Source of the DNA: Chloroflexota bacterium
Lineage (GTDB): Bacteria; Chloroflexota; Anaerolineae; UBA2200
NCBI GenBank assembly: GCA_014360755.1
Contig: JACIWX010000004.1
Span: 13,172-77,171, forward strand
Direction of reading: 5' to 3'
DNA length: 64,000 bases
Shown: positions 54,058 through 63,839 of the stretch, one piece after another
How positions within the stretch are numbered: position 1 is the stretch's first letter
Layout of the letters: the number at the start of each line of letters is the position of its first letter
Notes under the pieces: model-generated
The model's input: the letters and a program-made list of their open reading frames with translations, nothing else
Told to the model about the DNA's origin: nothing
Database searches by the model: none
Position numbers and translations under genes: made by a program

Positions 54058-55275
54058 ATGGGCAAGCGTATTCTTTTTCTGACACCACAACTGCCTTATC
54101 CCCCACAGCAGGGCACTGCCATACGTAACTACAACTTGATCAGGCAGGCAGCCAAGCGACATGAGGTGCATTTGCTTTCGTTTGAAGGCATTCCAGCCTC
54201 GGTGGCTGATCTCGGGCCGCTCCGAGATCTATGCGCTGCTCTGGATGTAGTACCGATTCCGCGTCGCAGCAACTGGCAGCGGTTGTTCACCGTTCTGGCT
54301 TCACCCAGACCAGACATTGCCTACCGTTTGTCTTCTCCCCTTTTCACCCAGAAGCTGGAAGCAGTGCTCAGGGAAACAAAACCAGATATTGTGCAGATAG
54401 AAGGGCTGGAGATGGCTCAGTACGGCTTATGGGCGCGTCAGCTCGCTAGTGAGTCCCTATGGCTGGTGTATGATGCGCATAACGCGGAGTACCTGCTGCA
54501 GCAGCGCATTTTTGAAACTGATGCACGCCGTCCACGGCGCTGGCTAGGAGCGCTCTATTCCTTTATCCAATGGCAGAAATTACACCGTTACGAAGCGCTG
54601 GTTTGTCGCCAGGTACAGCGGGTGATTGCCTGTTCTCTTGCTGATTCCAAGGCGTTGGCGCGCTTGGTCCCTGGCCTGGAAGCCGTGATTATCCCCAACG
54701 GTGTGGATACGCAGTATTATCAGCCCGATGCAGTAGCTGCTCTGCCATTGCACACGCAATCCTTGGTGTTCACCGGCAAAATGGATTTCCGGCCTAATGT
54801 GGATGCTGTCCTCTGGTTTTGTACAGAGGTTCTACCCATTATCCAGCGTGCCGTGCCAGATGTGCACTTTTACATTGTAGGCAAGAATCCCCATCCGCGG
54901 CTTGCACCACTGAGGAACATGCCGAACGTGACCATGACTGGTTTTGTTGAGGATGTGCGCCCCTACATCGCTGCCGCAGCGGTTTACGTTGTGCCGCTCC
55001 TCACGGGCGGTGGAACACGTCTCAAAGTTCTGGAAGCGATGGCCATGGGCAAAGCGGTTGTCTCTACTACACTTGGCTGTGAAGGCATCCATGTTGCTCC
55101 GGGCCAAGATGTCATACTGGCTGATGACCCTGCTGCTTTTGCTGCGCAGGTACTCGCCTTGTTGCAGGACAAGGCAAGGCGCGAGCAATTAGGGCGTGCA
55201 GCACGGACCTTCGTCGAGCGCTATTTCGATTGGGATACTGTCGCCGCCCCCTTGGAGCAAGTGTATGCCCACTAA
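54058..55275 (+). CDS. Glycosyltransferase family 4 (GT-B)
   Basis: MGKRILFLTPQLPYPP start and GGGTRLKVLEAMAMGKAVVST motif. The ORF track start at 53998 overlaps the previous gene. Confidence 0.85.
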   Translation: MGKRILFLTPQLPYPPQQGTAIRNYNLIRQAAKRHEVHLLSFEGIPASVADLGPLRDLCAALDVVPIPRRSNWQRLFTVLASPRPDIAYRLSSPLFTQKLEAVLRETKPDIVQIEGLEMAQYGLWARQLASESLWLVYDAHNAEYLLQQRIFETDARRPRRWLGALYSFIQWQKLHRYEALVCRQVQRVIACSLADSKALARLVPGLEAVIIPNGVDTQYYQPDAVAALPLHTQSLVFTGKMDFRPNVDAVLWFCTEVLPIIQRAVPDVHFYIVGKNPHPRLAPLRNMPNVTMTGFVEDVRPYIAAAAVYVVPLLTGGGTRLKVLEAMAMGKAVVSTTLGCEGIHVAPGQDVILADDPAAFAAQVLALLQDKARREQLGRAARTFVERYFDWDTVAAPLEQVYAH

Positions 55276-56431
55276 TCGTCAGCGTTTGCGCCTGGCTTTA
55301 TTGCGTATTTTTGCTACCTGCACTCCTTTCCTGCAACATCCCCCAAGAAGAGCCAGGGGTGATGGCTTGCGCATTTTAGTGATTCGCCCAGATCATATCG
55401 GGGACTTGCTTTTTGCCACGCCAACGTTGCGTGTATTGCGCAAAGCCTTTCCGGATGCGCATCTGGCAGGCATGGTAGGTCCCTGGGCTAAGGCAGTGGT
55501 AGAGCGTATCCCCCATTTCAATGAAGTCATCATTTGCCCATTCCCGGGATTCACACGGCGGCCAAAGGGCTCTGCTTTTGCCCCATATCGGATGCTCTGG
55601 GAATGGGCTAACCGATTGCGCACACGACACTTTGACATGGCGATTGTGCTGCGGTTCGATCATTGGTGGGGAGCATTGCTAGCCTATTTGGTTGGCATCC
55701 CTTATCGTTTGGGTTATGCAGTGGCTGAATGCGAACCGTTTCTGACCACAGCCGTCCCTTATGTGAGCCAGCGGCATGAAGTGCAGCAGAACTTGACCTT
55801 GGTCGCACAAGCCATCCGCGACTGTCATCGGGATATGCCACAGGATCCAGGGCATCTGGAGTTTTTCGTGGCGGAACAAGACCGGGAGTACATTGCCCAT
55901 TACCTGGCAGAGTGTGGCGTGGCTGCGGATGAAGCAATGATTGTCATTCATCCAGGTGCAGGGGCAGCGGTTAAGGAATGGCAAGCAGAATCTTTTGCGC
56001 AGGTTGCTGACGCGATCGTAGCACATTGGCGGGCTAGGATCGTGCTTACTGGCAGCCGTGATGACCTGGATAAGGTTTGGTCTATCTATGCCCGCATGCG
56101 CGGTGAGCCCATCGTCGCTGTAGGACACACCACACTCGGCCAGCTTGCTGCCTTGTACCAGCGCTCACGCTTGGTCATTGGACCGGATTGTGGGCCCTTG
56201 CACTTGGCAGTCGCAGTGGGGACACCAACGGTACATCTCTATGGCCCAGTAGACAAGCACAAATTTGGCCCATGGGGACCCCCGGAGAGGCATCTGGTTC
56301 TCACCTCGAGCCGTTCATGCATTCCCTGCAATCGCCTCGACTATACTGCCCAAGAATTGCCAGACCATCCTTGCGTGCGCGAGATCACTCCTGAAATGGT
56401 GCTGGATGCCATTCGAAAGTTGCTAGGGTAG
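55265..56431 (+). CDS. Glycosyltransferase family 9 (heptosyltransferase-like)
   Basis: ILVIRPDHIGDLLFATPTLRVLR, IHPGAGAAVKEW and VIGPDCGPLHLAVAVGTP motifs. The Met at 55265 overlaps the previous gene by 11 nt. Confidence 0.85.
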   Translation: MPTNRQRLRLALLRIFATCTPFLQHPPRRARGDGLRILVIRPDHIGDLLFATPTLRVLRKAFPDAHLAGMVGPWAKAVVERIPHFNEVIICPFPGFTRRPKGSAFAPYRMLWEWANRLRTRHFDMAIVLRFDHWWGALLAYLVGIPYRLGYAVAECEPFLTTAVPYVSQRHEVQQNLTLVAQAIRDCHRDMPQDPGHLEFFVAEQDREYIAHYLAECGVAADEAMIVIHPGAGAAVKEWQAESFAQVADAIVAHWRARIVLTGSRDDLDKVWSIYARMRGEPIVAVGHTTLGQLAALYQRSRLVIGPDCGPLHLAVAVGTPTVHLYGPVDKHKFGPWGPPERHLVLTSSRSCIPCNRLDYTAQELPDHPCVREITPEMVLDAIRKLLG

Positions 56432-56491
56432 GAGCACGTACCTGCAATTGAGATGGATGGCTCACAGTCAAGAGCATTGATTCAACGGGGC

Positions 56492-58087
56492 TTATAGGGG
56501 CAAACTGAAGATAAAGGTAGAGCCTTTGCCTACCTTGCTCTTGACCCAAATTTCGCCGCCATGGGCAACCACAATCTGTTTGCAGATATACAGACCCAGA
56601 CCAGTTCCACCAGCACGCCGCGTGGCAGAGCTATCTACCTGGTAGAAGCGCTCGAAGAGGTGTGGTAAAGCCTCTGGAGGGATACCAATGCCATCGTCTT
56701 GCACAGAAATCACGATTCGGCCGGGTTCCACTGTAGCGGAAATCGTTACATGGCCTCCTTTGGGGGTGAATTTGATAGCATTGTGGATCAAATTCCTGAC
56801 CACTTGTTTCAGGCGTTCCTTATCCCCGAAAACCGTAGGGAGTGCTGGAGCGAGGTTGTGGGTGAGTGTGATCTGTGCTTGTTCGGCCAGAGGTTCTAGT
56901 TCCGCAATGACTTCCTGGACAGCAGTGTACATTTGGACGGGTTCCTTCTGCAGTACCAGGCTAGCAGATTCCATGCGTGATGCATCGAGCAGGTCATTGA
57001 TCAAGTTGGTCAGGTGCTGCGTTTGCCGATAGATAATTTCTAGGCATTCTTGCCGTGTGGCTTCATCCGGAGCCTTGCCATCCAGCAGCAACTGTACATA
57101 GCCACTGATGGAATGCAAAGGAGAGCGCAGTTCATGGGATACCGTGCTGATGAAATCGCTTTTCATGCGATCGAGTTCCTTCAGTTGCTCATACGCGTTG
57201 CGGAGGCGAGTAAAAAGGCGTGCATTTTGAATGGCAATGGCAGCCTGACTGGCCAACACGGACAAAAGTTCGAGATCGCTGCGCATAAAGGCGTGCTCTT
57301 TCTTCTCCTTGCACAAGCCCAAGACGCCGATTTTCTCTTCTTTAACAACCAGAGGCAAAGCAACTGCTGTGGTGATGCGCTTGTTGATTGATTCGGATAC
57401 CAGAAAGGAACCCTGGCCTGGTCCCGCACGCCAAATGATGGGTTGTCCGCTTTGCAGCGCATTCCAGACTAGTTGGTCGTTTATCCTGTATTCTGGGCTG
57501 GGTGGCTGTGCGCCCTGCTCTGTAACTAGGCCGCATATTTCCAAACGCCCGCTATCTTCGTTCTTTAACATCAGCACGCCGAGATTGGCAGCCGTTTCTT
57601 GGGCTGCCAATTGTAACACCTGTTTCAATAGCATATCGAGGTCAGTAACCGTAATAAAAGTCTGGCTCAGTTGGAAAAGCGGAATGAGTGCCTTGAGGCG
57701 TTCGTTTTCTTTTTCCAGCCTTTTCCTGCTCAGAGCTTTAGCGACCGCAGCCTTGAGTTCATTCAGGGAGAAGGGTTTGAGCAGGAAGTCATCCATACCC
57801 AGCTTGAGTGCCTGTATGGCTGACTCCATGGAGCCATATCCAGTGATGATGATTCCAACGATGTCCGGGTTTGATTGCTGAATTGCCTGGAAGAGCTCAA
57901 GCCCGCTCATCCCGGGCATCTTGATATCGGTCAACACCAGATCAAAGTCGTGTTTCTTGGCTAATTCGATGCCTTCGAGCCCATTACGAGCGCTCCAAAT
58001 CTGGTAGCCCTCCCGGGAAAGTGCCTGGAGGCATAAATCCAGAATGCCCTCTTCGTCATCTACGATCAAAATGCGTTCATCCGGCAT
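56492..58087 (-). CDS. Hybrid sensor: receiver, GAF, HisKA and HATPase histidine kinase
   Basis: ILIVDDEEG...DLVLTDIKMPGMSG (REC), H-box SHELRSPL, N-box HNAIKFT, G-box GTGLGL. The start is placed at MPDERI, because the ORF track extension overlaps the upstream gene. Confidence 0.9.
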   Translation of the reverse strand: MPDERILIVDDEEGILDLCLQALSREGYQIWSARNGLEGIELAKKHDFDLVLTDIKMPGMSGLELFQAIQQSNPDIVGIIITGYGSMESAIQALKLGMDDFLLKPFSLNELKAAVAKALSRKRLEKENERLKALIPLFQLSQTFITVTDLDMLLKQVLQLAAQETAANLGVLMLKNEDSGRLEICGLVTEQGAQPPSPEYRINDQLVWNALQSGQPIIWRAGPGQGSFLVSESINKRITTAVALPLVVKEEKIGVLGLCKEKKEHAFMRSDLELLSVLASQAAIAIQNARLFTRLRNAYEQLKELDRMKSDFISTVSHELRSPLHSISGYVQLLLDGKAPDEATRQECLEIIYRQTQHLTNLINDLLDASRMESASLVLQKEPVQMYTAVQEVIAELEPLAEQAQITLTHNLAPALPTVFGDKERLKQVVRNLIHNAIKFTPKGGHVTISATVEPGRIVISVQDDGIGIPPEALPHLFERFYQVDSSATRRAGGTGLGLYICKQIVVAHGGEIWVKSKVGKGSTFIFSLPL

Positions 58088-58116
58088 GCCACTTCCCCTT
58101 TCTGGGTGATGCTCCG

Positions 58117-59265
58117 CTAGCGAGGCCTGAGCATGCGGCCAGAGAGCTGGGAATGTACGCGTTCCGACAATTCGCGCAAAGAGAGTGCAGCAGTACCCCC
58201 TGATTCGGCAAGCACAAGGGGCACACCCTGTTGGTAGGAGTAGGCTAATTCTTCTGCGGCAGGCGGGATAAAGCCCCACGCTGCTTTTTTCAACTGCTGC
58301 TCGATCTGGGGCACGGGTAGAGTTACTGCGGAGGGTGCACGGTTGACCACCACCAAATTGATTGCCTCTCCAGCCAACCCAACCCCCTCCAGCATGGTTT
58401 TCAGTTGCTCTGCGCACGCTACATCGGTGGGATGAGGACCTAGCACAAGCAATGCAACATCACTCAGAGCCAGCGCTTCTTTCGCACCAGGGGATAGCAT
58501 GTGAGGCAAATCCAGAAAGATGACATCGGCAAGTGGCCTAGAGCTACGTACAATGGCGCTGACCTGGGCTGGCGGCAATTCAATCATACCAGACCCAATT
58601 GGTGGGCTGGGCAGCACAGCTAGGCCCGAAGCATGCATATAGAGCCTCTTCGTTAGTTGGTGGCTGTCAATTTGGTGGGCTTCCATGGTCAGCAGTTCAG
58701 TTAAAGAAAGGCGATCGGGAAGCTTGAGTTGCCAGGCAACGGTGCCAGAATGGTGGTGTAAATCAATCAACATGGTAGGCACTTTACGCCGCGCCAGTGC
58801 TACGCCAAGGTTTACCGCAATAGTGGTGGTGCCTACGCCTCCTTTGGCTCCGATCAGGCTAATTATCCAACCCTGCTTCGCTACGGGGACACGTCTGGTG
58901 CGCGCTAACACAGCTTTTACCCGCGCGACAACTTCCCTGGGGTCTGCTGGCTTGGTAATGTAATCATCGGCGCCCGCTTGTAGGCCGGCGATTTTGTCAT
59001 CGAGTTGAATTTTAGCAGTGAGGAAAATAATAGGGATGTTAGCCGTTTGCGGGCGGCTGCGTAGCTGACGGCACATCTCCAGCCCATCTACGCCTGGCAT
59101 CATAATGTCTAAGAGGATTAGGTCGGGCTGTTCAGTCTGTACCGCAAGCAAGCCTTCTCGTGCATCCAAAGCGGTGGTTATTTCGAAGCCTTCAGCCGCG
59201 AGTGCAAGCCTCATCAATTTGACCGCCAGTGGGTCATCATCTACGATCAGAATCTTGTCCGGCAT
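58117..59265 (-). CDS. Response-regulator receiver fused to a MinD/ParA-type ATPase (CpaE/TadZ-like)
   Basis: ILIVDDDP...DLILLDIMMPGVDG (REC) followed by a deviant Walker A GAKGGVGTTTIAVNL. Confidence 0.85.
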   Translation of the reverse strand: MPDKILIVDDDPLAVKLMRLALAAEGFEITTALDAREGLLAVQTEQPDLILLDIMMPGVDGLEMCRQLRSRPQTANIPIIFLTAKIQLDDKIAGLQAGADDYITKPADPREVVARVKAVLARTRRVPVAKQGWIISLIGAKGGVGTTTIAVNLGVALARRKVPTMLIDLHHHSGTVAWQLKLPDRLSLTELLTMEAHQIDSHQLTKRLYMHASGLAVLPSPPIGSGMIELPPAQVSAIVRSSRPLADVIFLDLPHMLSPGAKEALALSDVALLVLGPHPTDVACAEQLKTMLEGVGLAGEAINLVVVNRAPSAVTLPVPQIEQQLKKAAWGFIPPAAEELAYSYQQGVPLVLAESGGTAALSLRELSERVHSQLSGRMLRPR

Positions 59266-59402
59266 CCATACACCTCGATAGGTTCTGTGGCTAAGCGCGC
59301 GGCATATACATATAACAGAACTTTTTCGCGTGCTACTTTGTTATTTATTTTAAACCCATTGATGAAACCTGTCAATCTGAGAGCGCTAAAGAATTTACGC
59401 AA

Positions 59403-59431
59403 TTGATAAAATAGGGAATTATTGCTATAAT
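59403..59431 (+). promoter_or_regulatory. Sigma70-type promoter
   Basis: TTGATA, 17 nt, TATAAT, then a GAGGAGG Shine-Dalgarno and the ATG at 59463. Confidence 0.6.
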
Positions 59432-59462
59432 AGCCTGCACATTTTGAGGAGGAATTGCCGTC

Positions 59463-59951
59463 ATGGTTCTACCTGCTACTGTGAAAACGATCATCAGCTT
59501 TGCCCTGATGTTAATAGGGGCTTATGCGGTGCTTTTCTTGATCAGTCTGGTTATCTGGACGTTCCGCGACATCCGTTCTCGTACGCGCGATGTATTGGTA
59601 CAAATCCTGGCTACATTGCTCGTGGTGGTATTCAATATCCCAGGATTGTTGCTCTATTTTGTCTTACGTCCGCGGGAAACGCTGACCGAGGCTTACGAAC
59701 ATGCGCTAGGGCAGGAAGCTTTGCTGCAGGACATTGAAGAGCGCTACATTTGCCCCAATTGCAAGCGTAAGGCAGATGCTGACTTTCTGATTTGCCCTTA
59801 TTGCCATCATGGATTGAGGAAGCGCTGCCCCAAGTGTGGACGCTTGCTAAGCCTGAACTGGGATATCTGTCCCTATTGCGGATTGCAGCAGGGCAGTGAA
59901 CAAATTGCGCAGAGCGAACAAAATGAAATGGGCAGTGAGGGTGTCACCTAA
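59463..59951 (+). CDS. Membrane protein with a PLDc_N-like N-terminal domain and a double zinc-ribbon
   Basis: IWTFRDIRSR...IPGLLLYFVLRP matches the PLDc_N pattern; four CxxC pairs (CPNC, CPYC, CPKC, CPYC). Confidence 0.7.
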   Translation: MVLPATVKTIISFALMLIGAYAVLFLISLVIWTFRDIRSRTRDVLVQILATLLVVVFNIPGLLLYFVLRPRETLTEAYEHALGQEALLQDIEERYICPNCKRKADADFLICPYCHHGLRKRCPKCGRLLSLNWDICPYCGLQQGSEQIAQSEQNEMGSEGVT

Positions 59952-59999
59952 TACCCACCTGCCCATCGCTGCTGTATATTCGCTCTGGTTTCTAATACG

Positions 60000-60962
60000 C
60001 TATTTGACCTCTTTGCTACCTTTGTAATGCACGTAGCCTGGCAAGAGGATGCCGCCCTTTGTTTGCCGCAGAGGTTCACCCGTTTCTTCTTCTGGAGGCA
60101 CTGTGTCGCCCCATTGTTTTTCAGCTTGCAAGGTCACTCTCTCTTGCTGCCTTTGCTCAGCCTCACGGAGCCTTTCCAGGGTCTCATAGGGGTCGTAATA
60201 CACCTTAGAAGCATATTGCGCCTTCCCAGTCACGGCCGCAGATCTGAGCAGATAGTGGTTGAACATGTAGCCATAATGGGACAGGAACTCAGGCCAAGGG
60301 GCCTGGGGGTGAATCTCCTGGTATTGCTTGTAGCCCTCTTTCACAAAGGTGGAGAATCCTTCCTCCATTGTCGCAGGCAGTAGAATAGCAGCCCAGGAAA
60401 AGTGCGGCGTGGTTGAGGAACGCAGTAGGCGTCCCAGGATGAGGTCCCCGCGTAATCCGCGCAGGCTCACCCCATCCCCTAGGATACGCTTTGGCACCTC
60501 CTGTAGCACATCAACGACAGGGATTGTTTCTCCTTCTACAGGGCCAGTGATGCGATACAAACTCAAATAAGAATTTTGCCAGACTCGCACACATTCTCGC
60601 TCGGCAGGCAGTAGTTCTGGTTCCAGTTCCTCAATGAACAGGTCAATAATGCGTCTTCGCTGCCTTTCCAGGCGATAATCATACATGTACCATTCCAGAA
60701 AGCGACTCACTTCGTGCCTGGGCAGTGTGTCCAGGGCATCTTGGCCATAGTTCCCATTCCAGAACAGGTTAAAAGCAACGGGAAACTGATCAGAAAACTC
60801 TGGTTGCTGCGCAAAGTCAACCAGTTTGTCCAGAACAAGCTGTTCATCGCGTCGCCAGGTGCTTTCGCGAATGCGCCTGGCGCGGTCCTTGAGGAGACAA
60901 CAATTTTTGTACTTTTTACCGCTGCCGCAAGGGCATGGGTCATTGCGTCCGATTTTATCCAC
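60000..60962 (-). CDS. SEC-C metal-binding motif protein
   Basis: N-terminal [17 protein letters not shown]. Confidence 0.7.
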   Translation of the reverse strand: MDKIGRNDPCPCGSGKKYKNCCLLKDRARRIRESTWRRDEQLVLDKLVDFAQQPEFSDQFPVAFNLFWNGNYGQDALDTLPRHEVSRFLEWYMYDYRLERQRRRIIDLFIEELEPELLPAERECVRVWQNSYLSLYRITGPVEGETIPVVDVLQEVPKRILGDGVSLRGLRGDLILGRLLRSSTTPHFSWAAILLPATMEEGFSTFVKEGYKQYQEIHPQAPWPEFLSHYGYMFNHYLLRSAAVTGKAQYASKVYYDPYETLERLREAEQRQQERVTLQAEKQWGDTVPPEEETGEPLRQTKGGILLPGYVHYKGSKEVK

Positions 60963-60980
60963 AGTCTGTATCCCTCTTTT

Positions 60981-62732
60981 TTACCCCTCGAGCCAGCGAG
61001 GCACATAAATAATTAGAGAAAGCAGTGAATCCGTCAAGACGAAGATGAGATAGGCAGTGAAAAGCGTGTGGTATTTCGTTCTGCGGAAGTAAAACCACAA
61101 AGCTCCCAAAGCGACCAGTAGGGTAAAAAAGGGAGTGCCAAGCACGGGCAGGAAATGCAAGTTTTGCGGCAATCTATCCAGCAACGGAGCGTAGAGCAGC
61201 ACTCCCGGCATCAAGAACAGCTTGGAGAAAAGATATAGTAGGATCGCTATTGCCAATGCAATTTGCGAGGGTCGCCGATCTAACCCACCTTCCACTTTGA
61301 CAAAGTAGAAAAGGACAATCCAGGCAAAAGAGGCAAAGCTCCACAAGAGGAAGATGGCGGGGAAAAATCCAAAGGCGGGAGCCAGACCCCACACGCTGTT
61401 GAGGAAATCCATAGCTCGGTCTTGCATGGTTACACGGTCTAGATTGGCTTTGACTGCCGCAGAGGTGCTTGCATAGTATATTTCATAGCGGCCAAAACCC
61501 CCCGCGTTCAGCCAGGCCAAGTGCACATTTCCTTCTGCATCTAATACGCCTACAGGGCGTAGGGCGTTACCGAGCTTGGTAGGTACTTGATAGCCCTTGA
61601 CCTTGCCATCAGCCAGGATGACCCATATTACTTCCCGACTCGACTTACGTTGTGTAGCCACCTCACCGACGAGCAGCACACCCAATTCCTCACGTTGACC
61701 ATTCAATACCTTAGGCATATACAATAAGGATGTGGGCCAGCCCATTTCTGCCGAGGCTAATCGTTGGTACGGTAGGCTGCCAGATGTAGCCTGGTACATC
61801 GGCCTAGCCGTGCCCGGGATTTCCAATATCATCGCTTCAGCCTCGCGTGGTTCCTTTAGGGGAAAGGATACGAAATATGTCTTGGCTTCTCCAGGAGTCA
61901 AGCCTCCGCCGCGCTGCTCCAAAGCCCAGAGTAGGTAGCCATTTTCCTTGTCCAGCCCCAGGACAGGCGGATAGGAAACGAGTCCAGTGGCGGTCTTGTA
62001 CGTGCCCACTTTGGTTTTTTGGCTTACCTCTCCCGTAGCGGGATGAAACAGTGCATAATAAATGTAATTCACGCGAATCGCGGGCTCTTCTATCCAAGCG
62101 AGGTGAACTACCCCGTCCGAGGTCACCTGTGCGGTTGGTTTCTCCGCATTTGGGATGAGCAAACGGTTGTCGCTGATGACCCGACCATCTGTAGCCAGCC
62201 GCAAGTGGTGTATGCCACCCTCTGTCGGTATCTCATCAGACCAGAAGACATCTAAAGTGCCGTCTGGGTTACAAGCCAGTGCGTAATCGGACACACGGGC
62301 GTTATCTGGAGATAGCCGTGTTGGGCCGCTCAGCAGTTGTCCATCGTAGGTAAACCTGGCGAGGAATAATGCACGAGGGATCGCAGGATTGTCTGTCCAC
62401 AGCAGACCCAGCGTTCCATCTGCAGCAGGGAAAAGCTGTGGATAACTCGGATGTGCCGTGTCAATCGCCAAATTCACGCCGAGCTCAGCGTCTCCAGAAG
62501 CCGATAGACGAACGTAGCGCAATCCCTGGTCCTCGGCTGTCACAAAAATCAGGTGAATATTATTACCCTCAGCTAACAAACCTATAGGTTGGTTAAGAGC
62601 AGCAATGCCTACCTGTTGCCCGCGGCTCCATTCAGGCAAAACTTTGCGCGTTTTCAAAGCACCAGCCTGACACCCAACTATAGTGATGGCAAAGCACAGC
62701 ATGATACAAACCACGGATATTCGTTTCGTCAC
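60981..62732 (-). CDS. Lipoprotein with a repeat-rich, beta-propeller-like ectodomain and a C-terminal polytopic membrane domain
   Basis: Lipobox TIVGC. A recurring h-h-L-x-W strand motif (IHLIF, LGLLWTD, LDVFWSD, VHLAWIE, YLLWALE, VHLAWLN), then about 5 TM helices. Confidence 0.55.
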   Translation of the reverse strand: MTKRISVVCIMLCFAITIVGCQAGALKTRKVLPEWSRGQQVGIAALNQPIGLLAEGNNIHLIFVTAEDQGLRYVRLSASGDAELGVNLAIDTAHPSYPQLFPAADGTLGLLWTDNPAIPRALFLARFTYDGQLLSGPTRLSPDNARVSDYALACNPDGTLDVFWSDEIPTEGGIHHLRLATDGRVISDNRLLIPNAEKPTAQVTSDGVVHLAWIEEPAIRVNYIYYALFHPATGEVSQKTKVGTYKTATGLVSYPPVLGLDKENGYLLWALEQRGGGLTPGEAKTYFVSFPLKEPREAEAMILEIPGTARPMYQATSGSLPYQRLASAEMGWPTSLLYMPKVLNGQREELGVLLVGEVATQRKSSREVIWVILADGKVKGYQVPTKLGNALRPVGVLDAEGNVHLAWLNAGGFGRYEIYYASTSAAVKANLDRVTMQDRAMDFLNSVWGLAPAFGFFPAIFLLWSFASFAWIVLFYFVKVEGGLDRRPSQIALAIAILLYLFSKLFLMPGVLLYAPLLDRLPQNLHFLPVLGTPFFTLLVALGALWFYFRRTKYHTLFTAYLIFVLTDSLLSLIIYVPRWLEG

Positions 62733-62880
62733 GATTGTTCCTCCCTTTTCAAACAGGATATTATAATGTAGAGAAGCACTTATACAAAGCGGCGGCTCTC
62801 AGCCATGCACGTACTGCCCAAGCGTATCTGCATTGATAGGGTAGGATAAATAGGGTATAATGAAGCGCAAAGGAGGACCA

Positions 62881-63258
62881 ATGCGACAGATTCAAATTCG
62901 TGCAGGGGATGTTCAGGTCATCGCTGAACTAAATGACACCTATACCGCCGATGCCATTTGGAAAGCGTTACCTCTCTCTGCGGTTGGCAATAGGTGGGGG
63001 GATGAAATCTATTTTTCTATCCCTGTACAATTGCAGGAAGAAAACGCGCAGGCGGTAGTCTCCTCGGGCGATTTGGGGTATTGGCCACCGGGGTGCGCCT
63101 TTTGCATTTTCTTTGGCCCCACGCCTGTGAGCAGGGGAAAAGAGATCCGGCCAGCCAGTCCGGTCAATATTTTTGGCCGAGTGGTTGGTGATCCTACCGT
63201 GCTTAAGAAAGTGCAAGATGGGGAAACCGTCGTTGTAGAACCGCTCTCGACGATGTAA
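62881..63258 (+). CDS. Cyclophilin-like fold protein (non-PPIase, Cyclophil_like2-type)
   Basis: The pattern IAELNDTYTADAIWKALPL...GDEIYF...GDLGYWPPGCAFCIFFG is typical of this small family. Confidence 0.6.
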   Translation: MRQIQIRAGDVQVIAELNDTYTADAIWKALPLSAVGNRWGDEIYFSIPVQLQEENAQAVVSSGDLGYWPPGCAFCIFFGPTPVSRGKEIRPASPVNIFGRVVGDPTVLKKVQDGETVVVEPLSTM

Positions 63259-63298
63259 CATCATGACAGAATTTCACAGTGTAGAGGATGTGGGGAGA

Positions 63299-63838
63299 AT
63301 GGCGAAACGCAATATCCTTGTGGCTGGAGAACCGGTCTTGCGTCAGAAAGCCAAGAAGGTTACCAGTTTTGGACCGTTTCTTGAGGATTTGGTTACTGAT
63401 ATGATCGATACGATGCGGGCAGTCAATGGCCTTGGCCTTGCCGCACCGCAGATTGGCGTGCCTCTGCGCTTGATCGTGATTGAGATGCCAGCAGAGGAAG
63501 ATGAAGAGGGAAACGAAATCCAGCCGAGCCAGTTGTATGTTTACTGCAACCCAGAAATCGTCAAAGCCTATGGGGAAGAAGAAGATGAGGAAGGCTGTCT
63601 TTCCGTGCCTGGCTACGTAGGGATAGTCAAACGCGCTGCCGTTGTCACGGTAAAGGGCCAGGACCTGAAGGGGCGCCCTATCCGTACCAAGGCAGAAGGT
63701 TTGCTGGCTCGAGCCTTTCAGCACGAAATAGACCACCTGGATGGCAAGCTTTTCCTGGATCGTGTGGAAAGTCCAGAGAAACTACGCCGTATTGAGCCTA
63801 GAGCGAAACGACAAGAACAGGGCGCAGAGCCAATTTAG
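63299..63838 (+). CDS. def: Peptide deformylase
   Basis: GLGLAAPQIG, EGCLSVPG and HEIDHLDG motifs. GGGGAGA Shine-Dalgarno before the Met at 63299. Confidence 0.95.
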   Translation: MAKRNILVAGEPVLRQKAKKVTSFGPFLEDLVTDMIDTMRAVNGLGLAAPQIGVPLRLIVIEMPAEEDEEGNEIQPSQLYVYCNPEIVKAYGEEEDEEGCLSVPGYVGIVKRAAVVTVKGQDLKGRPIRTKAEGLLARAFQHEIDHLDGKLFLDRVESPEKLRRIEPRAKRQEQGAEPI

Positions 63839-63839
63839 G

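Noticed and set aside
58088-58417. 110-codon N-terminal extension of the hybrid histidine kinase ORF
   Set aside because: It overlaps the 3' end of the REC-CpaE-like gene. It is Cys/Arg-rich and non-protein-like, and the receiver domain begins exactly at the internal Met (MPDERILIVDD).
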